Assembly: GCA_965208575.1 (NCBI GenBank)
Contig: CBDBOV010000006.1
Span: 1,024,001 to 1,088,000 of the forward strand
Length of the DNA: 64,000 nucleotides
From: Spirochaetia bacterium
GTDB lineage: Bacteria > Spirochaetota > Spirochaetia > SZUA-6 > Bin103
Direction of reading: 5' to 3'
A program made the translations under genes and the position numbers. The notes beneath the pieces are model-generated. The model did no database searches, was not told where the DNA came from, and saw only the letters and a list, made by a program, of their open reading frames with translations. Positions 28,835 through 38,417 of the stretch are shown here, piece by piece (within the stretch, counting starts at the first letter, position 1; every line of letters starts with the position of its first letter).

Positions 28835-30490
28835 ATGGCTGAACCGCGCTGCATCGGCATCGACTTCGGCACCGACTCGGTGCGCGTGGTGGTGATTCGC
28901 GCCGACACCGGAGCCCAGGAAGCGCGCGCCGTGGAGGCCTACCCGCGCTGGAGCGAGGGCCGCTACTGCGACGCCGCCGCCAACCGGTTCCGCCAGCATC
29001 CGCTCGACTACATCGAGAGCCTGGAGCGCGCCTGCCGTGCGGTGTCCGCCCAACTGAGCGGCGCGCAGCGCGACAGCATCATCGGCATCGGCGTCGACAC
29101 CACCGCCTCCACGCTGGCCGCCGTGGACGAGGCGGGCACGCCGCTGGCCCTCGGCGAGCGGTTTGCCGACAACCCCAACGCCATGTTCGTGCTGTGGAAG
29201 GATCACACCGCCGTGCGCGAGGCCGACGAGATCAACGCCCTGGCGCGCACCTGGGGCGGCATCGACTACACCTGTTACTCGGGTGGCGTGTATTCCTCGG
29301 AGTGGTTCTGGGCCAAGGCGCTGCACGTGCTGCGCGCCGACGCAGAGGTGGCGGCGGCGGCCTGGTCGTGGACCGAGCACTGCGACTGGATCCCCGGCCT
29401 GCTGACCGGCAACACGGCGCCCGCCGAGTTGCACCGCGGGCGCGCCGCGGCCGGCCACAAGGCGATGTGGCACGCGTCCTGGGGCGGCCTGCCCGGCTCC
29501 GACTTCCTGGGCCGACTCGATGCGCGGCTGGCCACCCTGCGCGAGCGCCTGTACGACCATTCGTCGACCTCCGACCAGAGCGCCGGCACGCTGTCCGCCG
29601 AGTGGGCGCAGCGGCTCGGCCTGCCCGCCGGGATCACGGTCGCGGTCGGCGGCTGCGACGCGCACTTCGGCGCCGTGGGCGGCGGTGTACGCCCCGGCAC
29701 GGTGGCGAAGATCCTGGGCACCTCCACCTGCGACATGATCGTGGCCGACCCCGGCGCCATCGGCGAGCGCGCCATCGCCGGCATCTGCGGCCAGGTGGAC
29801 GGCTCCATCGTGCCCGGCCTGATCGGCCTGGAGGCGGGCCAGTCGGCGTACGGCGACGTGTACGCCTGGTTCCGCGACCTGCTGTGCTGGCCGCTGCGCT
29901 CGCTGGCCGCCGGGCAGCGCGCGGGTATCGCCGACCGCCTGCTCGACGACCTCTCCGACGCGGCGGCCGCGCTGCCGGTCGACCCGGCCGGCATCCTGAG
30001 CCTGGACTGGTTCAACGGCCGGCGCACCCCGAACGCCGATGCGGGCCTGAAGGCGGCGATCACCGGCCTCACCCTCGGCGCCGACGCCCCGGCGGTGTAC
30101 CGGTCCCTGGTCGAAGCCACCGCCTACGGCAGCCGCGCCATCAACGAGCACCTGGCCGCCGCCGGCATCCCGGTGGACGAGATCATCGCCCTCGGCGGCA
30201 TCTCGCAGCGCTCCGACTTCGCCGTGCAGGTGGCCGCCGACGTGCTCGGCATGCCGATCAAGGTATCGGCCACCGAGGAAGGCCCCGCCCTCGGCGCCGC
30301 GATGTGCGCCGCCACCGCCGCCGGCCACTACGCCACCGTGCAGGAGGCGCAGGCCGCCATGGCGCCCGGCTTCAAGGCCACCTTCGAGCCCGACCCCGCG
30401 CGTGCCGCCCACCATACCGAAGGCTACCAGCGCTACCGCGCCCTCGCCGAAGCGGTAGAATCCGCCCCCTGGCGCCCCGCCGCGCCGTAG
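28835..30490 (+). CDS. araB: Ribulokinase (FGGY family)
   Basis: GIDFGTDSVR, LWKDHTA, YSSEWFWAK, AAGHKAMW, LDWFNGRRTP. Confidence 0.95.
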   Translation: MAEPRCIGIDFGTDSVRVVVIRADTGAQEARAVEAYPRWSEGRYCDAAANRFRQHPLDYIESLERACRAVSAQLSGAQRDSIIGIGVDTTASTLAAVDEAGTPLALGERFADNPNAMFVLWKDHTAVREADEINALARTWGGIDYTCYSGGVYSSEWFWAKALHVLRADAEVAAAAWSWTEHCDWIPGLLTGNTAPAELHRGRAAAGHKAMWHASWGGLPGSDFLGRLDARLATLRERLYDHSSTSDQSAGTLSAEWAQRLGLPAGITVAVGGCDAHFGAVGGGVRPGTVAKILGTSTCDMIVADPGAIGERAIAGICGQVDGSIVPGLIGLEAGQSAYGDVYAWFRDLLCWPLRSLAAGQRAGIADRLLDDLSDAAAALPVDPAGILSLDWFNGRRTPNADAGLKAAITGLTLGADAPAVYRSLVEATAYGSRAINEHLAAAGIPVDEIIALGGISQRSDFAVQVAADVLGMPIKVSATEEGPALGAAMCAATAAGHYATVQEAQAAMAPGFKATFEPDPARAAHHTEGYQRYRALAEAVESAPWRPAAP

Positions 30491-30534
30491 CCCGCATCCC
30501 GTGCGCACTCGGAGCCGGCCCAATTGATTCGAAC

Positions 30535-30558
30535 GAGCTAAAATAGCTACTATAGCTC
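30535..30558. promoter_or_regulatory. Autoregulatory operator/-10 box of the Phd-PIN module
   Basis: GAGCTA-N12-TAGCTC with a third AGCTA inside; TACTAT 7 nt before the ATG. Confidence 0.55.
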
Positions 30559-30560
30559 CT

Positions 30561-30812
30561 ATGAAGGACTTTACCGCCAGAGACGCCAAGAACCGCTTCG
30601 GTCAGTTGCTCGATGCTGCGCAGCGAAGTCCTGTCAGGGTGACCAAGAATGGCCGCGCCGTCACGGTGATGCTGTCGACCGAGCTCTATGACCAGCTCCG
30701 CAGCGCGGCGTGGGATCGTCTGACCGCGACCATGGACGCCATGGGAGAGGAGGCCACCGCAAGAGGCTTGACCGAAGCCAAACTCGACGCGCTTCTTGCG
30801 AATGACAGCTGA
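30561..30812 (+). CDS. Phd/YefM-family antitoxin
   Basis: FTARDAKNRFGQLLD..QRSPV.VTKNGR. Confidence 0.92.
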   Translation: MKDFTARDAKNRFGQLLDAAQRSPVRVTKNGRAVTVMLSTELYDQLRSAAWDRLTATMDAMGEEATARGLTEAKLDALLANDS

Positions 30813-31227
30813 GCGAATCGTGGTCGACACCAATGTCCTGATCAGCGCAGCGCTGACGCCCGCGGGAACGCCGCGCGCCGTCGTGGACAGGATACGGGAA
30901 GCGGGTGGAGTGCTCCTGTTCGCCAACGAGACCATCAAGGAGATCCACAGCCGCCTCTTTCGACCGAAGTTCGATGGCTACGTGAGTCGCACAACCAGGA
31001 CGCAATTCATAGTGCAGCTACTGGGTGTTTCAGAGCGTGTCTCGATCACCGGAGCCAAGCTCGGATGTGCAGACCCGAAAGACGACAAGTTCCTGGAGAC
31101 GGCGATGGTTGGCGAGGCGGAGTGCCTGATCACGGGAGATCGCCACCTTCTGGACATGACCCCGTATCGCGGTATTCCTATCGTCACCGCCGCGGCGTTC
31201 CTGACCTCGTTCGCTGCTCCGAACTGA
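30802..31227 (+). CDS. PIN-family putative toxin (PIN_3 type)
   Basis: VVDTNVLISA, CADPKDDKFLE, ITGDRHLL. Confidence 0.92.
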   Translation: MTAERIVVDTNVLISAALTPAGTPRAVVDRIREAGGVLLFANETIKEIHSRLFRPKFDGYVSRTTRTQFIVQLLGVSERVSITGAKLGCADPKDDKFLETAMVGEAECLITGDRHLLDMTPYRGIPIVTAAAFLTSFAAPN

Positions 31228-31275
31228 CCCCGCGGGCCGGACGCCAAGTGCGCAGCACCGGCGAGTTCCGTCAGT

Positions 31276-32028
31276 TTACCGGTTCCAGGCGGCGGCGATT
31301 TCCCTTACGCAATCGGTGAGGGCCGGGACCGGGTTGTTGACGTCGCCTTCGTACTCGATGATCGGCACGCCGTCGAAGCCTACCTCCCCGAGCGCGGTGA
31401 CCAGGGCGGGCAGGTCGAGGATGCCGGTACCGATCACGACGTCCACCGGCTCGCGGTCGCGGGAGTAGACGAAGTCCTTGAGGTGCACGCCCATCAACCG
31501 GTCGCCGAAGCGGCGCACCATCTTGACCGGGTCCTCGCGCGAGTCGATCGCCCAGGCGGTGTCCAGCATCAGCCCGATGCGCGGGCCGGTGCGCCGGAAC
31601 ACCTCCTCCAGCATCTGCGCGTTGCCGAGCCAGTGGGCGCCGCCGTGGTTGTGCAGCGCCACGTTCACGTCGTACCGTTCGGCGAGGCGCTCGGCGGCGG
31701 CGAACGTGTCCCACGACGCCGGCGGAGTGACGTCGGCGCTGATCACCGGCAGGCCCGCCTTGCGGGCGAACCGGAAGTAGCACTCGGCGCCGGCGGCGTC
31801 GCCCGTGATCGAGTTGACCCCGCAGCTCACCAGCCGCACGCCGGCGTCGCGGTACGCTGCGATGGCCGCGTCGTGGGCGCCCTCGTCGGCGAAGTCGATG
31901 TGCACGCGACACGGCTCGACCGCCGCCAGCCCGATCTCCCCGGCCTTGGCGGCGACCTCTTCGTTGCTGGCGAAGCCGCGGAAGCAGTAGCTCTGCACGG
32001 CGATCCGGTCGGTCGTCGATGATGTCAC
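31276..32028 (-). CDS. Sugar phosphate isomerase/epimerase (IolE-like TIM barrel)
   Basis: QSYCFR, ALHNHG, LDTAW, VHLKD, IEYE. Confidence 0.88.
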   Translation of the reverse strand: MTSSTTDRIAVQSYCFRGFASNEEVAAKAGEIGLAAVEPCRVHIDFADEGAHDAAIAAYRDAGVRLVSCGVNSITGDAAGAECYFRFARKAGLPVISADVTPPASWDTFAAAERLAERYDVNVALHNHGGAHWLGNAQMLEEVFRRTGPRIGLMLDTAWAIDSREDPVKMVRRFGDRLMGVHLKDFVYSRDREPVDVVIGTGILDLPALVTALGEVGFDGVPIIEYEGDVNNPVPALTDCVREIAAAWNR

Positions 32029-32159
32029 GCCGCGGATGGTAGCGACCCTGGCCGCCGCACCGCAAGTGGACCCCGCGAACGCGCCGGCCCGGGCTGGCCC
32101 GGAAACGGCACGTGGACGCCGGATCATGGCTCCGCTATACTCCTGGTCAGGTCAATCCC

Positions 32160-32360
32160 ATGCCACCGGCAACACTGAAATCCAAGATGGAAAGCTTGAT
32201 TCGCAGTCTACCGGAGAATGCAGGCATCGAGGATGCGATGGAAAGGCTATTCCTTCTCCACAAGATCGAAAAAGGCATCGAACAAGCAGATGCCGGCCTT
32301 GCCGTTTCACACCATGAGGCGCGACGGCGATTGACGCACAAGCATTTGCGAGTCCGATAG
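32160..32360 (+). CDS. Orphan small antitoxin (RelE/ParE partner type)
   Basis: LPEN..IEDAMERLFLLHKIEKGIEQADAG..VSH.EAR. Confidence 0.7.
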   Translation: MPPATLKSKMESLIRSLPENAGIEDAMERLFLLHKIEKGIEQADAGLAVSHHEARRRLTHKHLRVR

Positions 32361-32380
32361 TCAAAGGGCATCCGCATCAG

Positions 32381-32450
32381 GCCGTTACGATTCTTGACAA
32401 TTCAGCACAGCGCTCGTCTGCTTGATCCGTCCGAATTGGGCGGCGACTGA
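32381..32450 (+). pseudogene. C-terminal remnant of a RelE/ParE toxin
   Basis: AVTI(+1 nt)LTIQHSARLLDPSELGGD* directly after the antitoxin. Confidence 0.55.
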
Positions 32451-32461
32451 CTGCGTCGGTC

Positions 32462-34678
32462 ATGGCAAGTGCTGAGGATCGCGATCTGTTTCAGGCCCGT
32501 GGTGCGGCCGAGCAGGCGAGCAGTGCGCCGCTCGCGGCCCGCATGCGCCCGCGCACGCTGGACGAGTTCGTCGGCCAGGACCACATCGTCGGGCCGGGGC
32601 GGCTGCTGCGGCGCGCGATCCAGGCCGACCAGCTCTCGTCGCTGATCTTCTACGGGCCGCCCGGTACCGGCAAGACCACGCTCGCGCAGGTGATCGCGGG
32701 CACCACCCGCGCCCGCTTCACGGCGCTGAACGCGGTGCTGGCCGGGGTGAAGCAGCTCCGCGAGGCGATCGCCGCGGCGCGCGAGGCGCGCGACCTGCAC
32801 GGCAAGCGCACCATCCTGTTCATCGACGAGGTGCACCGCTGGAACAAGGCGCAGCAGGACGCGCTGCTGCCGAGCGTCGAGAACGGCACCATCGTGCTGA
32901 TCGGCGCCACCACCGAGAACCCCTACTTCGAGGTGATCAAGCCGCTGGTGAGCCGCAGCCGCATCTTTCAGCTCCAGGGCCTCGGGCGCGAGGAGCTGGC
33001 GCGGGTGGCGCGCATGGCGCTGGCCGACGGCGAGCGCGGGCTGGGCGCCTTCCGCACCGACGTAAGCGAGGAGGCGATGGAGCACCTGCTGAACGTGGCC
33101 AACGGCGACGCGCGCAGCCTGCTCAACGCGCTCGAGCTGGCGGTCACCACCACGCCGGCGGGCGAGGATGGCGTGGTGCGGGTGGACCGGCTGGTGGCGG
33201 AGGAGTCGATTCAGCGCCGCGCGGTGCTGTACGACAAGGAGGGCGACGCCCACTACGACACCATCAGCGCGTTCATCAAGAGCGTGCGCGGCTCCGACCC
33301 CGACGCGGCGCTGTACTGGATGGCGCGCATGGTGTACGCCGGTGAGGATCCGCGCTACCTGTTCCGGCGCATGCTGATCCTGGCGTCCGAGGACGTCGGC
33401 ATGGCGGACCCGGCGGCGGTCGGCGTGGTGACCGCCTGCGCCGCGGCGTTCGACTACGTCGGGCTGCCGGAGGGGCGCTTCCACCTGGCCGAGGCGGCGC
33501 TGTACCTGTCCACCGCACCGAAGAGCAACAGCACCCTGGGCTTCTTCGATGCGCTGCGCGCGGTGGAGGCGGAGCGCGAGGCGCAGGTGCCGTCGCCGTT
33601 GCGCGACGCCAGCCGCGACGCCGAGGGGTTCGGCCACGGCGCCGGCTACCAGTATCCGCACGCCTTCACCGACCACTGGGTGGCGCAGCAGTACTTGCCC
33701 GAAGAGCTGCAGGGGCGGGTGTTCTACCAGCCCGGCGACAGCGGCCACGAACGCGCCATTCGCGACCAGGTGGCGCGCCGCCGCGAAGCCAACCTGGCGG
33801 CCGCCTGGGAGGGCACCGAGGGCGGCGGCGAGATCCTGACCAACGCCGGCACGGATGTGCAGCGCGATCTGGACCGCTGGCTGGAGCAGGCCCTGTCCGA
33901 CGCCGCCGGCCGGCTGGCCGGCGAGCGCGACCGCATCGTGGCTGCGGCCGGCCTGCAGCGCCACGGCGTGGTGCTGGACCTTGGCCTGGGCAGCGGCCTG
34001 CTGACCTTCGAGCTGCTGCGCCGCTGCCCGGAGGGCGGCGTGTGGGCGCTGGCGCCGCCGGAAGCCAGGGGGGTGCGCGAACAGCTCGCCTCCCTGCCGG
34101 CCACCATGCAGCCCACCCTGGTGGCGGAGCCGGCGCAGATCGACCCGGCGGTGCGGTTCGACGCCGTGGTAGGCCGCGGCGTGTGGCGCACGGAAGGCGG
34201 GGAAGCGCTGGTCCACGCCACCTGCAGCGCGCTGGCCGAGGGCGGACGGCTGGTGCTGGCCGAGCCGCTGCCGGAGCGCGCGCCGCGGCTGCACGAGGTG
34301 CTGGATCTGGACGGGCTGGACGAAGCGGATCGGGCCGCCGTTGCCGCCGCCGAGGAAGCCCACTACGGCGCCCGCCCGGCACTTACCGGCGCCGAAGTCG
34401 AGGCCGCTCTGGCGCCGCACGTCACCGCCCTGACCACCGAAGTCGTGCAACAACCGGGCCGGCTGGCAGTGACGCGCACCCTTCTGGAGCGCTGGTTTCC
34501 GAACGGCGCGCAGGCGCCCGCCACCTCCTACGCCCACATGCTGCTGACCGCCGGCGTCTCCGCCGACGTTGTCGCGGCCCTGCGCCGCGGCCTCGAAAAC
34601 CGCCTCGGCAGCGCGCTCGACTGGCGCGTCGCCACCCTGTTTGTGACCGCAACCGGCTCGCCGGCCGGCAGCCGGTAG
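32462..34678 (+). CDS. rarA: Replication-associated recombination protein A with C-terminal SAM-methyltransferase-like domain
   Basis: PLAARMRP, GPPGTGKTT, IDEVHR, GATTENP, SAFIKSVRGSDPDAA; C-terminal VLDLGLGSG. Confidence 0.95.
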   Translation: MASAEDRDLFQARGAAEQASSAPLAARMRPRTLDEFVGQDHIVGPGRLLRRAIQADQLSSLIFYGPPGTGKTTLAQVIAGTTRARFTALNAVLAGVKQLREAIAAAREARDLHGKRTILFIDEVHRWNKAQQDALLPSVENGTIVLIGATTENPYFEVIKPLVSRSRIFQLQGLGREELARVARMALADGERGLGAFRTDVSEEAMEHLLNVANGDARSLLNALELAVTTTPAGEDGVVRVDRLVAEESIQRRAVLYDKEGDAHYDTISAFIKSVRGSDPDAALYWMARMVYAGEDPRYLFRRMLILASEDVGMADPAAVGVVTACAAAFDYVGLPEGRFHLAEAALYLSTAPKSNSTLGFFDALRAVEAEREAQVPSPLRDASRDAEGFGHGAGYQYPHAFTDHWVAQQYLPEELQGRVFYQPGDSGHERAIRDQVARRREANLAAAWEGTEGGGEILTNAGTDVQRDLDRWLEQALSDAAGRLAGERDRIVAAAGLQRHGVVLDLGLGSGLLTFELLRRCPEGGVWALAPPEARGVREQLASLPATMQPTLVAEPAQIDPAVRFDAVVGRGVWRTEGGEALVHATCSALAEGGRLVLAEPLPERAPRLHEVLDLDGLDEADRAAVAAAEEAHYGARPALTGAEVEAALAPHVTALTTEVVQQPGRLAVTRTLLERWFPNGAQAPATSYAHMLLTAGVSADVVAALRRGLENRLGSALDWRVATLFVTATGSPAGSR

Positions 34679-34754
34679 TACATCGTCGCGAATCGCCCGG
34701 CTCCGGCCGATGGCCGTGGCAAAGGCCAAGGCACGCAGATTCGATCGCGAGCTA

Positions 34755-35087
34755 CTACGAGATTGCCAAGTACGATGCGGCCTCGTCCGCGTCGAACTCA
34801 GCCAACCGAGTGGAGAACTCGCGCAGTATCGCCTCGATTTCATTGGTGGTGCAGTTACCCCTCCGGATCCAAACCACCTTCGGTGGGTGTCCGTACAGAA
34901 AGCTCAGCTGATGGAAGTCGGAGTCCTTCGAGACAATGGCGTAACCGTTCTCACCGGCGTGTTTCCATACCTGCCGGTCCACGGCTCGATGTAGACCAAG
35001 ATCCCGAACATGTGCGGATTCGGGATACATACTCGCAAGACGGTCGATCAATCGCGGCGACAGATTCTGGTCGAAGAGCAGCTTCAC
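34755..35087 (-). CDS. DUF5615 PIN-like toxin
   Basis: LLFDQNLS, HVRD.GL, IVSKDSDF, PPKVVW.R.GN. Confidence 0.88.
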   Translation of the reverse strand: MKLLFDQNLSPRLIDRLASMYPESAHVRDLGLHRAVDRQVWKHAGENGYAIVSKDSDFHQLSFLYGHPPKVVWIRRGNCTTNEIEAILREFSTRLAEFDADEAASYLAIS

Positions 35088-35311
35088 TCCGCCGGTACCG
35101 AGACGAATCGGCGCTCTCGGTCAGCCGCGAACGATAGACATGCCTTGATGTCATCCGATGTAAGATCTGGTAAATCGGCGAGTATCTCTTCCCGAGTCAT
35201 GTCTGACGCCAGGTATTCGAGAACATCGTAGACGGTGATGCGGAGCCCCCGAATACATGGCTTGCCCCCACGCTTCCCCGGCTCAATGGTGATGATCTCT
35301 CGATAGTCCAT
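35084..35311 (-). CDS. DUF433 antitoxin
   Basis: PGKRGGKPCIRGLRITV..L....EILAD.PDL..DDI.ACL.FAA. Confidence 0.92.
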   Translation of the reverse strand: MDYREIITIEPGKRGGKPCIRGLRITVYDVLEYLASDMTREEILADLPDLTSDDIKACLSFAADRERRFVSVPAE

Positions 35312-35385
35312 AGCACTCAGCGTAGCACCGTTGGGCCGAGCATCGGAAGGGCGTCGACCGGGCAGCGGGCAACTCGTGGCCTACG

Positions 35386-35586
35386 TTCGACGACCTGTAC
35401 TACTTCGAGCGCGCCTGCGAGACTTACATCACGGCGCTGCAAACCGGGCGCGAACTGAAGATCCCCGGCGAGCAGGTGGCCGCCACGACACGCCGGCAGT
35501 GGCTCGACTACCCGGACCTGAGCGACGACCACTTCCACGAATTGCAAGCGATCCTGGACCGCGAAGACCCGTCCTACCGCGACTGA
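35386..35586 (+). pseudogene. 3' fragment of a class II aldolase/adducin-family gene
   Basis: Hand translation FDDLYYFERACETYITALQTGRELK...HFHELQAILDREDPSYRD*; no 5' part or start. Confidence 0.65.
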
Positions 35587-35590
35587 ACGG

Positions 35591-36880
35591 TCAGCGCGCC
35601 CGCGACCATTCGTCGAACAGGTTGTCGTATTCCTCAGCGAGGCAGGCCCACGAGTAGCGCCGCATGGCCGCGGCCAGTCCCGGCGGCGGCTTCACCGGCG
35701 GGCTCGACAGCAGGGCGATCAACCGGTCGGCCAGCGTCTCTTCGTCGTCGTACAGGCATTCTTCGTGGAAGGCCGCCGGGATCACCTCCGGGTAGGCGAG
35801 CCGGTTGGGCAGCAGCGGATGGCAGCCCGACGCTACCGCCTCCACCACCGAGATGCCGAAGTTCTCCTGGATGGCGGTCGACACCACCACCGCGCCGCGG
35901 CCAAGCCACTCCAGGTACGCCTCCCGGCTCGGCAGATAGCCGTACTGCACCACCCGCTCGCCGAGCCACTTGCGCGCGGCGATGAACTCCTGCGGCACGT
36001 ACTGGGCGTTCTCGCCGAGCAGCGCCACCCGGAACGCCACGCCCGCCCGCTGCACCCTGCGCAACGCGGCAAAGAACGCCGCCGGCTGCTTGTCGAACTC
36101 CCAGCGGTGGTTCCAGATCACCAGCGGCGGTCCAGCCCTCGCTGCGCACCGTGCCGGCCCCGCAACCGTTGCCGCGATATCAGTAGCAGAGGGTTGCCGC
36201 CCGGCGGCTCCGGCGGCTCGCGCAACTCCGGCGGCGCGGGACTCGGCCGGCGGGGAGGGCGCCGCCGGCCCGACGCTCGCCGACGACGGCGCGGGCCAAG
36301 CCACCGCTGCATGGCGGCGGTCGGCAGTCGACAACGCCGTGGCGCCGCCCGGCGCCGGCTCTACGGACGGCGGCAACCGGCAGCCGGGATACAGCACGCG
36401 CGCCTTGGCCGCCAACGCCTCCGGGATCCACGCCGGCTCGTACTCCGGCATGCGGCGCAACACCTCCGGCAGCACCGCGAAGTAGGCGTCGCGATGGTAG
36501 CGGGAGTTGAACACCATCACGTCGGCGGCCAGCGCCGAGGCGATGTCGGTGAAGGCGAACTGATAGTCGCGCTGCTCGCCCTCCGGCTTCGGATAGCTGA
36601 GTTGATTCTCGTGCACGTACAGGAGGATCGGCGGGCAATCCGCTCCCCACAAAGCCTTCAGGTCGGCCACGTTCATCAGGTCGGTGACCAGCAGCAGGGC
36701 GTAGTCCGCCGGACGCGCCACCGCGCGGGCAAAGTGGAGCGCCGCGCCGCGCATCCGCCAGCGCCAGAAGCGCGCCGGCAGCGTGTGCAGCTCGATGCGG
36801 TGGCGGGAGTGCTGTACCAGGCCGTCGGCGAACTCGCGGTGCGAGCCGCCGTAGAACGGCTCCAGGAACAGGATGTTCAC
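35591..36880 (-). CDS. DUF3524 + GT4 glycosyltransferase (GTDC1/QTMAN-like)
   Basis: ILFLEPFYGGSH, WRWRMRGAA, YVHENQLSYP, FNS.YH, IWNHRWEFDK, ENFGISVVEA, PNRLAYPE. Confidence 0.88.
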   Translation of the reverse strand: MNILFLEPFYGGSHREFADGLVQHSRHRIELHTLPARFWRWRMRGAALHFARAVARPADYALLLVTDLMNVADLKALWGADCPPILLYVHENQLSYPKPEGEQRDYQFAFTDIASALAADVMVFNSRYHRDAYFAVLPEVLRRMPEYEPAWIPEALAAKARVLYPGCRLPPSVEPAPGGATALSTADRRHAAVAWPAPSSASVGPAAPSPPAESRAAGVARAAGAAGRQPSATDIAATVAGPARCAARAGPPLVIWNHRWEFDKQPAAFFAALRRVQRAGVAFRVALLGENAQYVPQEFIAARKWLGERVVQYGYLPSREAYLEWLGRGAVVVSTAIQENFGISVVEAVASGCHPLLPNRLAYPEVIPAAFHEECLYDDEETLADRLIALLSSPPVKPPPGLAAAMRRYSWACLAEEYDNLFDEWSRAR

Positions 36881-36885
36881 CGTAC

Positions 36886-37659
36886 TCAGTGCACGCTCCA
36901 GCCGCCGTCGACGGTCAGCGCCGCGCCGGTGACGTAGCTCGCCGCATCGCCGGCCAGGTAGAGGGCAAGCCCGGCGATCTCGCGCGGCTCGCCCCAGCGC
37001 CCCAGCGGCACCTTCGCGGCCACGCCGGCGACGATCTCGGGGTCGTCGAGCAGCGGCAGGTTCAGCTCGGTCGCGAACATGCCGGGGATGATGCAGTTGA
37101 CGGTGATGCCGGACTGCGCCCACTCCAGCGCCAGCACCCGGGTGAGCTGCAGCACGCCACCCTTGCTGACCGCGTACGGGGTGCGCTCGGCCATGCCCAG
37201 CACCGACAGCAGCGAGCCGATGTTGATCACCCGTCCGTAGCCCTGCGCCTTCAGGTGGGCGGCGGCGGCGCGGCACACCAGCCACATCGAAGTGAGGTTG
37301 GTGTCCTGCACCTGCCGGAACTGCTCCAGGCTCAGTTCCTCGATCGGCCCGCGGATGTTGATGCCGGCGTTGTTCACCACGATATGCAGCCCGCCGCACT
37401 CGGCGATTGCCGCCGCCACCGTCTCCTCCACCGCGGCGGGGTCGCTCACGTCGCACCGCCAGGCGCGGCACGCCACCCCATGCTCGGCGCTCAACTCGCG
37501 CGCCACCTCCTGCACGCGCTCGCCGCGCGCCAGCAGCGCCAACGACGCCCCCGCCTCCGCCAGCGCACTGGCGATCACCTCGCCGAAGCCGCGGCTGGCC
37601 CCGGTCACCAGCGCCACCCGCCCATCAAGCCGAAACGAGCCGAGAATGCCGAGCTTCAC
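36886..37659 (-). CDS. Classical SDR oxidoreductase (gluconate 5-dehydrogenase-like)
   Basis: TGASRGFG, NNAG, YAVSK, VDGG. Confidence 0.93.
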   Translation of the reverse strand: MKLGILGSFRLDGRVALVTGASRGFGEVIASALAEAGASLALLARGERVQEVARELSAEHGVACRAWRCDVSDPAAVEETVAAAIAECGGLHIVVNNAGINIRGPIEELSLEQFRQVQDTNLTSMWLVCRAAAAHLKAQGYGRVINIGSLLSVLGMAERTPYAVSKGGVLQLTRVLALEWAQSGITVNCIIPGMFATELNLPLLDDPEIVAGVAAKVPLGRWGEPREIAGLALYLAGDAASYVTGAALTVDGGWSVH

Positions 37660-37845
37660 AATCGTCCGCCAGGGAAGCCGGAAGCAACTCCATCACCTGC
37701 GCCGCGCCGCGATACCGCCGCCAACGTGATACGGAGCAGCCGCCACGACCAACCGAAACGCACGATCAGCTCTTCCTTGAGTCGAATAATACGTACACCG
37801 CGAAGGCGCGTAGCACGCCGGACGGAAGACCTGTGAAGCGGTGAA

Positions 37846-38202
37846 TTATTTCTTCAGCGGTATCGGCGATTCAACGTTGACTTCGGGATACGTGCTCAGC
37901 CATTTCTCCACACCACTGCCCCATTCTTCTCTAGACACGTAGGAAAGGTTGGGATAGTCTTCTATCCCCACATCCGAGAGCCTCGATAGCAGTCGCCTTG
38001 GCATGCCACCCAACCACGCGACATCGAGGTCATCCTTGGAGCCGTCGAAGACGATCACGATGCGGAGATACGGAGAGCCGTCGTCCACGTCATAGGTACG
38101 CCGTACCTCGATCGGGCCGAATGCTACTGCTCCGCGCGGATGGCCCTCAGCAAGGGCCTCCTGCACGATATCCCTGACTTTCGATAGCGTCGTCGCGTCC
38201 AT
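37846..38202 (-). CDS. Orphan hypothetical protein resembling the 8749-9093 antitoxin-like protein
   Basis: DDGSPYLRIVIVFDGSKDDLD vs DDESPLVQILVVFDGDADIVD; lower GC; TATACT upstream. Confidence 0.6.
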   Translation of the reverse strand: MDATTLSKVRDIVQEALAEGHPRGAVAFGPIEVRRTYDVDDGSPYLRIVIVFDGSKDDLDVAWLGGMPRRLLSRLSDVGIEDYPNLSYVSREEWGSGVEKWLSTYPEVNVESPIPLKK

Positions 38203-38417
38203 GTGCCGCTTTAGTATACCGACCGATGATGGTCGTCGCCACGCGCCACCATCAGCCCTGTTAGACACGTTAGCCGTGTGCGGCCACGCGAACCGAGCCG
38301 GCCGTCCGCGACGCTCTTACTGGATAGCGCATGACGCTGTGCGCGCCGTACGGCAACGCCACAGCCGGCCGGCCACGTCCGGCCGGCCACGTCGATCGGA
38401 CTTCACCCGACCGGGCG

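Noticed and set aside
35591-37471. 626-aa ORF as one large glycosyltransferase
   Set aside because: The N-terminal part overlaps the SDR in another frame; the real start is GTG 36880
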